Assembly: GCF_018350175.1 (NCBI RefSeq) | Contig: NC_058368.1 | Location: forward strand, 214,274,001-214,338,000 | Source: Felis catus | Taxonomy: Eukaryota | DNA: 64,000 bases | Direction: 5' to 3' | Shown here: positions 24,719-37,720 of the stretch, piece after piece | Numbering within the stretch: the stretch's first letter is position 1 | Layout of the letters: every line of letters begins with the position of its first letter | Position numbers and translations under genes: made by a program | Notes under the pieces: generated by a model | Databases searched by the model: none | What the model saw: the letters and a program-made list of their open reading frames with translations, nothing else | Told to the model about the DNA's origin: nothing

Positions 24719-25437
24719 ATAAAGTTATTGAAGCACACTGAGACAAGAAGGTTGTTTGAGATCGTGGAAGCAGTTTGCAGGAGAGCTGGGCCTATAACCT
24801 TGGCGTTTTGGAATCTACCTATTGCCATGTTATTTCCATTATTCCACACTGACTTCCAAATGAATGAAACAAATTCAGAAGGATTAGATCAAGAATTTTA
24901 AGCAAGTTTCCTGACTTTATTTAAAGACCATAGAAACTGATTTTAGTTAATACTGAGTAGAGCAGGTGTTAAATGAGTATATGTGAATATATACAGAGTG
25001 TATTAAGCTTCAGTTTAAGTTTTTTTTTTTTCCAGGTAGAGGAAAAGGAAGATGTAGAATCCTGCTATTAACCTAATTTATGATGTTTACTTATTCCTAC
25101 CTATCTGACTAATGCTCCTTTTGTTCTCTTTATAATTCTTAGTTTCTATCTACCACCGCTTTCCCCCCAAGAGTTGCAAACATTAGCTGATTAATACTCA
25201 GTCTTCTTAGCTGCTGTGATCAGTGGAGGTAATCTCTCATAGCACGTTGATATCTAAATCACCTTTGCTAATCTGCTGGAATTTGCTTAGTATTTCCTGG
25301 GCTTATATCTCCACTACAACAGTGTGTTTAGAAAAAGAAATACCGAGGACATAAAGATACGAGAATTCAACTCTGTTAAAAAAAGAATAGGTTTCATTTT
25401 TATAGTTTGGAACATTTCATCAAAGTTTTTAAAAAAG

Positions 25438-25585
25438 TTTCCTTCCTTCCTTCCTTCCTTCCTTCCTTCCTTCCTTCCTTCCTCCCTCCCTCCCTCCCTC
25501 CCTCCCTCCCTCCCTCCTTTCCTCCTTCCTCCCTCCCTCCCTCCCTCCCTCCTTTCCTCCCCTCCATCTTTCCTCCCTTCCCTTC
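25438..25585. repeat. (CCTT)n/(CCCT)n polypyrimidine microsatellite
   Basis: About 145 bp almost pure pyrimidine on +. Confidence 0.97.
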
Positions 25586-25869
25586 TGTTGTAGGTCATAC
25601 TGAAGATATTTTTTCCACATACAAACCATCAGCTTAGATGGACATTTCCCCTTATATTTCATACTCTATTTCTCTGTACCTAACGTACGAGAAAAAGAAA
25701 AGTGTATGTTAGAAATCTGCAGTCCAGCTGCATGTTATCTTGCAACTTAAAGTGTCATTTAATTTACTTTCTTGAAGACCTAGATTGCTAATTATAGCCA
25801 AATCTTGATTACTTGTATACTATATGGATTCTCTGTACTTACGCTTGATCACAGATTGAAATTGGTTCC

Positions 25870-26355
25870 TGTGGTAGCCAGAAAAATTACCCATCAAAGG
25901 CAGGCATGTCACAATCCCTGGACGCTGTGAATATGTTGTTTTACCCGGCAACAGAGATTTTGCAGATGTGATTAACTTCGGCCTCTAGAGATGGGGAGAA
26001 TATGTTGGACTGTCAAGGTGAGTCCAGTGTGATCACCAGGGTCCTCATAAGAGGGAGGTGGTAGAGTTAGAGTCAGAGAGAGAAAGATGTGATGATGGCA
26101 CCAGGGGTTGGATGATGAGCTTTGAGGATGGAAGAAGAAGGGACTGTGAGCTAAGGAACGCAGGTAGCCTCTCCAAGCTGGAAAAGATAAGGAAACCGAA
26201 TCTTGTCTAAAGCCTCCAGAAGAAATGCAGCTCTGTGGTGCCTAGAGCTTTTTATTTTAGGTTTCTGACCTCCAGAACTGTGAGAGTATACATTTGTGTT
26301 GTGGTAAGCCCGTACGTTGCGGTAGTCTGTTACAGGGCTATCAGAGACTATTCTA
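25870..26355 (+). mobile_element. MaLR solo LTR (MLT1D-like)
   Basis: TGTGGTAG start, TTTGCAGATGTGATTAA, GAGATGGGGAGA, CTGACCTCCAGAACTGTGAGA. Confidence 0.88.
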
Positions 26356-26510
26356 GTTATCCTCCTAGATTATCAAAGTAGTGCAAGCAAATTTGAATTT
26401 CACCTTGAGCACTCACAGGACAAATAATCAGCTACTCTTTCTCAACTAGCAGAACACTTGTTTTAGTAAAATATAAATCCATTTTAGATTATTTGTCATT
26501 TTATCTGTCT

Positions 26511-26529
26511 CCCCCCCCCCCCCCCCCCC
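26511..26529. repeat. C19 homopolymer
   Basis: Direct read. Confidence 0.95.
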
Positions 26530-29009
26530 ACTTTTGGCATAATTGTGAGTTCTTAGGAATTGTATCTAGTCTAAGGACTAGACTTCCAAGTTGATACAAT
26601 TGCTCTGTGTTTCTTCTGGTGATCTTGTATTTTCTTCTTGCTTTCTACAAAATTAAGGAACACAGTGAGGAAGGAGGAAGCTGGCTTCCACTAGCTAATG
26701 TTAGCGAAGCTTGGAGGAGTGGGTATGTGGGCTTACTTCCAATTAGGCACAGAAAGTGTCTTTTTTTCCCCAGGGCCATTTCACCTGCATGGCCTGAGGT
26801 GGGGCCAGGGGCCAAAACACCACAAGGGAAACAAAAATCTCCTGCTACAAATTAATTGGAACAGAGGACAGAAAAAAAAAAAGTAGCTTCTCTACTTTTT
26901 CTCTTTACTCAAGTGGCTTGTGAACTCTAGTTGCTGAAGGGAGAATTAAATTCCATGTTGTAATTAAGTTATTTTTTAGAGTTGGCCAGAACCAAGCTGC
27001 AAAGGACTTTTAAAGACGCAGTAGTCCTGGCGTTTTCTAGGACTTTTAATAATAAACCTGGAAAAATGCTCAGTCACTCGCACAGACCCCACACCCTGTT
27101 GCCATGCATAGCCACTGCTCTTTGAAGAATCAGCCTGCAATTCCTGTGGTTTTATTGTACCTGTTATTCAGTTTTTATTAAGCCCAGAAGGAATACCTTT
27201 CCTAAAATATTGAAGGTTGCAAAGTTTAAAATGTAGATTCCGATAAATGCTTTGTTTTTGTGCGTGGTCTTTCTACCTGCTGCCCATTGGGGGTTGATTT
27301 GTTCCCATATCCTACCTGATTATAGAAAATATTTGTCTTGGAAAGTGGTTGGGTATATGATTTATTGCCCCCGGGAAAAATAATCTTTATATTGGTGTTC
27401 CATTAAAAAACTTTACAGATGGTTCTTTATAAATTTATGTATTCTCAGGAAAGAGGTTAAGAAGTTGAGCAGTTAGTACTCATTGGGCTGTTGGTATTGT
27501 ACACAGTGAGATGAGATGCTATTATTTCCCTCAAGCAATTTCAAAGCTTATTGGGGAGGCAAAGTATAAATGCTTTGGTAAGGCTAGTTCATAAAGCACA
27601 ACTACATGTGGTCTCATATGTGGGTGAATGATGAAAAATTAAAGGAGCAAGAGAAGAGAGTAGGCTGGATGGAGAGGTTGATACAAATCTTTCCAGATGG
27701 GATAGGGTTGAGGTAGATTCTGAAACATGGGAAGAATTTAAGAATGTGAAGAGAAGACAGGACAGAGGAGAGAGCCCAAGACCGCCAGGAGATGCCAACA
27801 GCAATTATGAGCACATCATGTCCCAAAGATTGAGAGGAGTCCTGATCGGTGCTGCTGAAAATGTGCACTTACAATCTAATTTGAGGGAAGGTCAGTGCCG
27901 TATTTTTTTTTCTCTGAGATTCTAAAGAGAAACACACTCTTCACTCCAGGTGGGGCACAGCTTTTCCACTTTCGTGCCAACCTCAGCTGGTGAAGTGCTG
28001 TCTTAGCCGTAATAGCAGACTCTTCTCCCAACAGGCACAGACTTCTCTTAGAAGGCGTAGCATCCTGTCACTTTTCACTTAGCATTTGCCTCAAATAGAT
28101 GAAAAAAAAAAGTTCCAGCAATTGGAAGTTTTGCAGTATCAACAAAACCTGTGTTAGAGCTAGTCCTTAACTGCATAGTTTCGCTGTTAAAGCCCAGAGG
28201 TATCTCGGGTTCCTCATCCCTCATCATAATCAATAATAAGGCATAATTTTGACAGTATCAAAACTTTGTCTCGTCTCTCTTTCATTTATTCATAGGCAGT
28301 TTTGAGCTAGGTGCTGTGAGAAGTAAAATGTCATACCATTCATGGTCCCTACCCTGAAATTTGAAAATTATTTTTTGTCCTGACTGTTTGAAAATATGGC
28401 AGACTCTGAAAAACTACGCTTTGAAAGTGAAAACAAAGTGGGTTATGTCAGATTTTGTTTTGAGATATGGCTTCCTGATTATCTTGTAGGACTCAAAAGC
28501 CTTTTAGATGAAAAACCTAATTTTGGAAATAAACTTCTTTCCAAGAATGAAAACACGCCACACAGCTGAGTTCTGTTATTATAACCAAGAAGGGAACCCC
28601 CAGGCTGTGCATGAGGCCAGCAGCCATGGCACCTTCTGTACTTGTTTTAATATGCATACTTACAGAATACTCCCTAGCCCACCTTCTTCTAGCTCCTAGT
28701 GTAGGCTTGGCTTCCAACCATCACAACTAAATACTGACTGTATTCAATGTCTTGCAATAATAACAATAGGAACTCTTTAGGACAACAAAGAGCCCTTTAC
28801 ATTGAAACAAAGTTTTCAACATTTTCCGAAGCTCTCCCTCTGTGTATCATTTTTTAGAGCCAAGTATATTATTCCTTGTTGCCTGTGCATAACACATCTA
28901 GGTGATAACACTAGAATGTATCTTTTTGCATTTGATCCGTGGGTTCCATTTTCATACTTCCAACGACCAATTGGGAAAAGTCCCCTAATTCAGTAAGTCC
29001 AGAGCCAAC

Positions 29010-29640
29010 TGACTTCCTCCCCTCAATTGCTTGAAATTCCTACTTCAGCTAATTATAGTGTCATTCATTCTGATGCCCAAACTGAGAACCCTAAACTCAT
29101 TCATGATCTCCTCCTCTTCACTATCCTTCCTTTCTAGCATCTCCTTTTCAGCAAGGACTCTGGTTCATTTCAGACTTTTTAATTTCTTATCCAATTAACA
29201 CCACAGACACCTCATTCTTTCTGCTCTCTCCAACATATTCTTTGCACTGCCTCAAATAAAACATCTTCCCCAAACACAAATCTGTTCATTATACTGTCCT
29301 TTCAAGATCCTTTACCCAAATAAAAATATCCCAAATTTCTTGGCATGGATTATGTGCTCCTTCATAATCTGGCCTCAAACTACTTTATTTTACAAATTTT
29401 CCACCCAACATTTTCATATACAATATGCTGTGGAAGCATTGAACTTGTCAGTTTCTTCCTAAATACATTGCACTGTTAATCATTTTTGTTTTTCCTCATT
29501 TTTTACTTGGCATTCTTACCACTTGTTAAAATTCTGTCTGTCCTTTCACACAGTTCAAATGCCACAGCTTCAACCAACTTATTTCCGATCTTGCCCTTGC
29601 AGTTCCTGTTACTTTTTATTTCTTTCTCTCTCCTAGCATC
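29010..29640 (+). mobile_element. LINE-2 fragment
   Basis: Diverged L2-like pyrimidine-rich sequence (GCCCAAACTGAGAACCCTAAACTCAT..., CCTTCATAATCTGGCCTC, CAGTTCAAATGCCAC). Confidence 0.6.
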
Positions 29641-29760
29641 CATCAAGTTCTACCTTAAAATGTAACTTAATAGAAGACAGTTTAAAATTGTCATCACATG
29701 TTTAGGTTCCAGTCTGAGATTTTCCTTATGTGTGATCTTGGGCAGGATATTTAATTCTTT

Positions 29761-29821
29761 ATTTAAAAAAAAGTTTATTTTTGAGAGAAAGAGAGAGCAC
29801 ACGTGCAAGTGAGGGAGGGGC

Positions 29822-29884
<63 letters not shown>

Positions 29885-30001
29885 CCCAAGCAGGCTCTGC
29901 GCTGACAGCGATGTGGGGCTCAAACTCACAGACCTTTGAGATGCTGACCTGAGCTGAAATCAAGAGTGAGACGTGAAACCAACTGAGCCACCTAGGTGCC
30001 C
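29761..30001 (-). mobile_element. Can-SINE with expanded (GA)n, inserted in a MIR relic
   Basis: 7-bp TSD attcttt; (GA)n at about 29829-29882; MIR-like GTGTGATCTTGGGCAGGATATTTAA on the left flank. Confidence 0.93.
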
Positions 30002-31163
30002 ATTCTTTCTTGACCAATAAGAAATGGATACTACTCCTCACTTTAAGAGATAAGGTAGGTAGATATTCTTATTAAATCATGAAGTACTACAAATGTGATT
30101 TGTTAGTATTTGAGGAGTCAGAAAATGGTTATGATACTAAGGTTGTGCCTGAAGGTTCAATGGGAAAGGAACATTGAAGTCATGACTTTTGCTTGAACTG
30201 GTCAGGAGCACAATCAGCAGACAGTAGTCCAAAGAATCTTTGAATTGACAATGTCTGCTTCTAAGTTCATAGAGGTCTGGTTGTCACCACTGTGTAAGTA
30301 ATATTGTATGGTTTTTTGGAGATGGGAAAATCTGGGTTCAAACACTGAGCCAACATTTCATCTACCTTACTTCTTTAGGATTCCACTCCTTACCTGTAAA
30401 AATAATACACTGGTAAAGATTTGCACAGGCCTGTTATAAAAGGCACCAATGCTGTGAAGAATCAATCACTCCTTTTAGATGACACAATTGTAGGAAATTT
30501 AAAAGAAAAGGATATTGATTCCTGTAAGAAATGAAGGAGAAACTGTTTCCTTGGTATCCTGAAGGAGTGTTTTCAGCTGTTAGTCTAGTTCTAAAACTGG
30601 GGTTTCTTCTCCTGAAGCAGTTTCAGGCAGCAGTCTATGCATCATTGAAGCGGGGCTCAGGAACAGGGCAGTGCTCATAGAGTGGTGCTTCTGATTAAAA
30701 ACAAAAACAAAAACAAAAACAAAAAACCAAAAACAACATGGAGCCTATGATCGGAAGGGTTGAAAGACTTAGGAGGCAATCACATTGGTTGACTATTTTC
30801 TTTCTTCCTTGTTGTCTTCAGCTCTGTACTTGGTGCATATGGGCCAAGTGCAAATGGTGGTGTTTATTCAGTTGAATAAGTGCTTTGTACTTCTCTACAG
30901 CCTTCCCTTATCTTGTCAGCCTTTTGATATCTGAGATAACTGCTAAGGGACATGATATGCTTTTTAAAATCATGTTTTAAAGCATCTCTTCCACTCCTTA
31001 TATAATAGACTAATTTAATGTTGTAATCACATAACTTAATGGTGGAGGGGGGCTTGGGTGTATACATATGTAGGTAAGAAGGATGGGGGACATGACTTTG
31101 AGTTACTACTGATTCCCAGCCTTTGACCTGCTGGTAAAATGAGAGTAAAAAGATTGTTTTGAG

Positions 31164-31638
31164 AGTTAAAGAACATTGTTTAAAAACCATTATTGCTAAA
31201 GCATGATAAGGAAGACTTTGTCGAAGTTGGGAGACTGTGGCAATAGGTATGGGGCTACTGCAGTGGAATTTTGCAGTGGGGGAGAAAGATTGGGCTCAGT
31301 TTGGAATACAGCATGGGCAGGTGGGGATTTATAGCCAAGGAGCAGGGTGGGGGTCAGTGGATGGGAAATTACTAAGAAGAAACACAAGGGATTAGGGGGA
31401 TACTTAGGCTAAACCAACCTAACAGGATTCTTGCTGAAGACAGTCTAGGGTGATCAGATGCCACCTAGAGGATGGTGGATGGTGAAAAACCTGGTCAGGC
31501 AATGAGGGTGGAGGTTCGGGCTAACCTGACTTAGAAGGGCTCTTCCAAAAACTGGACTTTATAAGGAAGTACACAGAAGTTCTTGGGAGAAGGTTTAGAA
31601 GCCAGATTAAAACTTGGTCGAGCAAAGAATCTTTGTCA
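31164..31638 (-). mobile_element. MER31 solo LTR (ERV1)
   Basis: Reverse strand begins TGACAAAGATTCTTTGCTCGACCAAG; contains CAGCAAGAATCCTGTTAGG and CCCACCCTGCTCCTTGGCTATAAAT as in remembered MER31 consensus. Confidence 0.88.
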
Positions 31639-33334
31639 ACATATAAAAAGCATGTATTCTATACATAATGGGCACTAAATAATTCCTTCCTTTCTTCCTT
31701 CTCATGTAAAATACTTTCTATGAAACTTAAAATGTCTCTGGCAAAAATTCTATTAGGATGTCAAATAGTTTCAACTCACCACCCAAGACAATGATTAGAA
31801 GTGGCGGTGTTAAGAAGGATTGCAAAGCTCTGTCTGAGTTCAGTGGCAAAAAGTGCTACAGTCAATTAATAAAATTTGCCACGGAAGTGCCATGGGGACA
31901 GTGGCAGCAGGCAAGCAATGTGTTTTCCATCATTGTTGTATGTAGATGACATGTGGCCATTCAGTTTGAACAAATGTTCCTGGAATGGTTCAGAGGCTGC
32001 ACTTGTTAAATGCCTATGCAGGAACTTAAGGTCTAATCTCAAGCCCAAGGATACCTGCCTAATTTTGTAATCATGGGTTTTGATTGTGTATATGAAGTTG
32101 CATTTTTGGCACTATTTTAGTTTAGACTAGAGATGCTGATAGCTAAACTCTTAGAAAACAAACAAAGAAAACCACCAAAATACTAAACCCACACTGGGTT
32201 GTCATTACCTGAAACATGATGAACTGATTTTCAAAACATACATAGGGTTACTTTCTGTACTTCTTCAGTTCCTCAGTCTGAAAAAGCTAAATAGATAATG
32301 CTTTTGAAACTCAGTTGCACCATGATAAATAAAAGGACTTACCAGTAAATACCATTGTAGCATTAACTTTTAGAAGCACTAAATACACTTTATAGAAATG
32401 GATTTTCATGATTTGGGTCACTTCCCTTTGACCTGAAGGAATATTTGCAGTGAATATCAGCTTTTCCTCTGTGTCTCAGTAAAAGCTTCTACCCTTCCTG
32501 CGCTCTTGTTTATAGAGCTGATCCAAAGGGTTCTTTTTGCCAATCTACTCCACAGGAGCCCTGCAAGAATTTATGGATTCTTTATGGTCACGAGCAGATT
32601 TCTGGTAGCTGAGTAACTCAGGCAGAAGGCCTCTTTCGCACGCGTGCTCTCTCTCTCTTTCTTTGGTGGGGAGAAGAGGAGTATTTAAATTTTCAGAGCA
32701 GTTACCTTAATCCTTAATCCTTTTCTATGTTTGCCCTAAAAACTCGTCTGTGGTTGTTGCTTGAGAGTGACGGTGTGTGAATGTTTCAGTTACTGCCAGG
32801 TGAGACTCAATCTCATCTCATTCTTTCAGGACCTCAGGGGATCTTTTGCTACATTGCTCAAATCCCCTCTCAGTTCTCCTACATTTGTTAAACTGAGGCC
32901 CAGAGATTACACTTAAGCCTAGCAGTGCATGCTGCCCTAATGCTGATCATTAACTGCCTGTCCAGATGGTCCCTGCTCTCACTGACAGATAGTAAGTCTA
33001 AATTGTTCATCTCCAGTGTTTCTTGTAGACTGCCCAATATGTTTACTGTGGTCCAATTACAGGAGGGTGACATTAAGCAGATCTGATGCTAACATTCTGG
33101 CACTAGTCCTGATGAGCAAAGTGGCAGAACTGGGGAGGAATGTGGAGGACACAGCAAATGAGTAAGTTACACCCGAAAGCCCTGGCATTCTGAGGGCAGC
33201 CGACTATTTTAGACATCTGTCAAAGACAGGTAGGAATTCAGGCTTAGAGCTCCATTACTGCTGGCCTGGAGAAGATTAGCAGTGCAGCAACCGACACCTC
33301 AAACTACTTTCCTTTAAGTCATGGAAGCAGCCAG

Positions 33335-33364
33335 CAACAACAACAACAGCAACAACAACAACAA
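33335..33364. repeat. (CAA)n microsatellite
   Basis: Direct read, one CAG interruption. Confidence 0.9.
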
Positions 33365-35299
33365 AACCCACCAGCCTCACACCTACCTTAAGGTCATTCT
33401 CATAACTGTCAATCATGCTGAGATCAGTGGGGTTTTGGAGACAGGCATCACAAGAGACTTAGAACTCATTCACTCGCATGCTGCTTAAATGTTGCATTCT
33501 CCTTTTAAAGTTTTCTGCTAATGTCCACTTGATCTCACAGTTCTTTTAGTGTCAACTCTCTCCTAGCTCAGCTATCAACTCAGTTAATGCCAATCTTTAT
33601 TTTCTGGTTCTGGGGGGTGTACATGCTAACACCAGAACTATCTTTCCTCATTTTCCCTTTTTTTTTGTTGTTGTTGTTTCAAACAATTGGCAGGGACTAC
33701 TTGGATGTGCACAATGACTAAGAATGCATAATTATGTTTTCAGTGGTGATATTAAATTTCTTTAAAAGACAGCATCGATTATGTGCAAGGCACTTGGCCT
33801 CATGGTATCATGGATCTCAGGAACTACAAGTAAATTCCTGCTGTCAAACAATTTACATGAAAACCACCAGGCCTGTGAATCAAATACATTGTAGGTTATT
33901 CTTCTGAAACCCTACCATGGTTGCACAGTTTCTAGGAAGCCATTTATTGCTTGATAGTCCATTTTTAACCATTATTTATAAAGATGTGCAATTTGAATAA
34001 TTCTGGCTGAGTTTAAAAAGATGACTGGGGAGTGTAAGAGGAGAAACAGGAAGGTCTGAGAATAACCTGGCACAGTATAGTAGGTGCAGAGCATGCAAGC
34101 CAGCACATTGCATGCTGGGGGAAAGGGTAACTGCAGGTTGATGCCATTATTGCAGTCGTCCGTAACATAACCTGCAACTCGTACCTCTCTACATCTCTTG
34201 GGCTTAAGATATACATATTAATTTTTCTCTTGGAAATAAAACTATACAAAATATTTTGTCCTCTCCAAATATAGGGAATAACAGTGTTTTATACTTACTC
34301 ATTTTTATAACTTAAATACGTTTTAGGCAATGAAAATAGGTCTTAACATATTGGAGAAGAATTATAATTTGAGAGGAAGCGAATCTAGATATGAAAGCAG
34401 CAAGATAATTTTCCTCTAAGGTTTTTAAAGTTCCATTCAACCTCACTCTTTGATAGCAGTGGTGATGGAAAGAGTGTTTGGTGTGTGTGCTTCAAGCCCC
34501 TGAAATGATCCTCCTTTCTCTGGACTTCAAAGTACAGAAATTGTTCATCCTACTTTTCCACTTCAAACCACACTGTCTGGTGGTCAGACTTTGAACTCTG
34601 GGTGAGAATAGAATTAGCCTCAGGAACTTTGGGGGAGATTTATAAAATAAGCAATGAACATTTCTCTGCTCTCTAAAGACTTTTTTGCTGCCATTCCAAT
34701 AACATCCCTGGTGGGCTATAATAAGCATACTCAAAAAAAAAATTCCTCTTGGATCTCTACTGCCCCACTTTCTGGTTTTGAACTGCTACCCAGGAAACTA
34801 TTATCTCTAAAACTGTTTCTAGTTTTATGTGGGGAAGGCAGATATGGGAAGGCTCCATTAGTCTTCTCTAAAGGTAGGATTTGAATTGAAGAATAGAAGA
34901 ATGAAGAGACATTTTAGGACATTTCACCCAATTTCATCTTTGCAACTTGACTCTGAGTATTTAGATAGCATTATTTTCTTTAATGGTAGGAAATATATAC
35001 TTCTGATTTTTTTTCTCTTTTGGCATCTTGGGATTTGGGGATGACTAGAGTGCATTTATGTACTCCTTGCCAATCAGTTCTCAAGTTTTTGTAGAATCGT
35101 TGGAGAAGCTCACCAAAATAGGAGTTTTTGAAGGAGACATTTGTTATTGAAAGGAACTTCAACCTTAAAACCCCTTCTAAGAAATCCAGACTTCCTGGAG
35201 TTGCCACCCATGTATCTAGGAGAACATCAGTTCAACAAATGCAAAGAATAATTTTGGACATTGTTATCCACCATTCCTGTTGGGTGCTATGCACATCTG

Positions 35300-35790
35300 C
35301 TTAATCTTGGAAAGAGAAGCTTGCAGAATGGTCTTCATTTCTCTCTCTCCTTACTCCTCATGTCTTAACAGATCGCCAAGTCCTGTTGATTCTATTTTCT
35401 GCGTGTCTCTATCCTTTTTTCAAAACCCTCTACAAGTTGCTTAGCTAAATCTTTTACACCTTGAAAGAGCTACTGAAATAGGTTTGTTACTTCACCAGGC
35501 TTCCTGCTACATCTCACCCTTTACATGGTACCCGGAATGATCCAAACATGCAATTTGATTATGTTACCCAGCAATTTAGGGTCCTCGACTACCTACAGTC
35601 TTTAGCCTACAAGTGCTTTTATGTGGCATAAAATCCCTCAAGGATCTGGACCCTAACTTCTGCTCATTCCATCTTTCGCCAGTCATCTTCATAACTGACG
35701 CCCACCTATGCAGGGTTACCTTAAAAAGTTAAGCTATTTTGTTTATAATACTTTTTGCACATGCTAGTTCCCTCTGCCTGGGAAATTCCT
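35300..35790 (+). mobile_element. LINE-2 fragment, followed by MIR core (35815-35875, -)
   Basis: CCAAGTCCTGTTGATTCTA...TTTGCACATGCTAGTTCCCTCTGCCTGG; then CCCATTTTATAGATAAGGAGACTGAGGCTTAG. Confidence 0.7.
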
Positions 35791-36389
35791 TGATGCACTA
35801 TGCTAAAGGAAAGCATTACTTACCCATTTTATAGATAAGGAGACTGAGGCTTAGTGAAGTTAAGTATCTTTCCTGTTACTATTTCAGTAATCATTTTTGT
35901 GTCTCTGGTCACCATATATGTCTGATTCTACTTGTAAATATATTTCTGTGGTCTCCTTTCCCCTTTATTTTGCTATTCCCATAAACATTTGTTTCTTCAC
36001 TTATTCAGCAAATGTTGAACAACACACTTAATGTGTGGCAGACACTTGTAGGTAATACAGCGGTGCTGTCTCAATCTCAGTTATGTGCTAAAGCTGCTTG
36101 TACAACTGTGAGCCTTTCCTCCCGACTTAGTGTTCAGTGACATCATTTTGGTGCTTAAAAATGGCCAGAAATCAGAGTTTTGGAGAACCAGATATTAAAT
36201 GTCTGACAGTATACTAATCTCAACTCTGGGTCCTTTACCTCTTGGAGGAGCCTTGTGGTTGGATCTCTCATTTCACGGTCATTTCTTAAACAAAAATGTT
36301 AAGACAGTCATCTTCTTAAAACATGGACGTGATATGTCTGTTGCTTTTTTCCATTGTCAGAATTCCTTATTGTGGTACATGAAACCCTT

Positions 36390-36613
36390 CTTTTTTCATT
36401 TTTATTTCTTAACATTTATTTATTTTTGACAGCCAGAGAGAGACAGAATGAACAGGGGAGGGGTAGAGAGAGAGGGAGATACAGAATTCGAAGCAGGCTC
36501 CAAGCTCTGAGCTGTCAGCACAGAGCCCGACACCGGGCTCGAACCCACGAACAGTGAAATCATGACCTGAGCCGAAGTTGGAGGCTTAACCAACTGAGCC
36601 ACCCAGGAGCCCC
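36390..36613 (-). mobile_element. Can-SINE
   Basis: TSD gaaaccctt (36381-36389/36614-36622). Confidence 0.95.
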
Positions 36614-37119
36614 GAAACCCTTTTTGAACTGGTTGCCTGTCCATATTTATTTCCTATCAAGATTGTATTTTACACTCGGACAGTATTAGTTTATTGATTC
36701 TGAACAAACCCACTCATTTTGATCTCCTGGTTTTTGTGCATACTGTTTCCTTTGCTTTAGAATGCCTTTTTTTTTTTCTTATTTTCTCCTTCTGGTAAAT
36801 TCTGTTCTTAAAAATTTAACAACCAGCTCGGTGTTTGGCACAAAGTAAGTGAGTGTCACATTTTATCATTTAATTGAATGAACATATATTTAGTACTACT
36901 TGTTTGAATAAGCTTTTCTTGAATCTCTCCCTTTCCTCCATTATAGAGAGAGCTAAATGCTTTCTCATAGTACTCTTTTCATTATCATATGCATATATCC
37001 ATGGTCACATAAAATATTGCATAATCAATCCATTGATTTATAAATCTGTCTCCTTTATTAGCTTCTAGATCCTTGAGGACAAACATCAAGCTACCCATTT
37101 CTGTTAGAGTTTTGAAATG

Positions 37120-37309
37120 AGAGGAGCCTGGGTGCCTCAGGCTCGATTTCGCCTCAGGTCATGATCTCACAGTTTGTGAGATTGAGTGCCCTGTCAGGCT
37201 CTGGGCTTACAGCATGGGACCTGCTTGGCATTCTCTCCCTGCCCCTCTGTTCTCCCCTGCTCATGCGTGCACATGTGCGCACACACTCTCAAAAATAAAC
37301 ATTAAAAAA
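37120..37309 (+). mobile_element. Can-SINE with small deletion in the tRNA head
   Basis: TSD agttttgaaat on both sides; AATAAAC and A tail; about 17 bp missing after GCCTCAG. Confidence 0.92.
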
Positions 37310-37382
37310 AAGTTTTGAAATTGAGTACATCATAGCATAACATGCCGTTAACTGCAAGTTTGTGTAATTCCTATTTATACCC

Positions 37383-37720
37383 TTCTATTAGGGTAGCAAA
37401 GGTTATGCTATGATAATAAATATCTCCCTAAATTTAGTGGCTTTACATGATAAAGTGTATTTCTTACACACACACAGTCAGTGATGTTGGGGCAATTTTT
37501 TTGGCCATCTCTCTTCTGTGTATATTTCCAGGATCCAGTCTGTTTCTATATTCAGAAAATTTCATCTGTGGCTTCCAAGGCTTATCAGAGGAGGAGAGAA
37601 GCGGAGTAAGCATAATATCCCATATATCACTTCTTAGAGTTCATTCACTCTAACTCTGAGGAAGGTTTGGAAATATGGGCTAATTGTCAATATTTGGAGA
37701 ACATTAGCAATCTGAGCCAG
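37383..37720 (-). mobile_element. Old MaLR LTR (MLT1I/J-like)
   Basis: AGGTTATGCTATGATAATAAAT...AATTTAGTGGCTTTAC...AAAGTGTATTTCTT. Confidence 0.55.

Noticed and set aside
25314..25662. Four low-complexity ORFs (EGRK/PSFL repeats)
   Set aside because: Artefacts of a stop-free microsatellite.
33269..33281. GAGAAGATTAGCA matching U6 snRNA
   Set aside because: 13-nt match only; flanks do not continue the U6 sequence.
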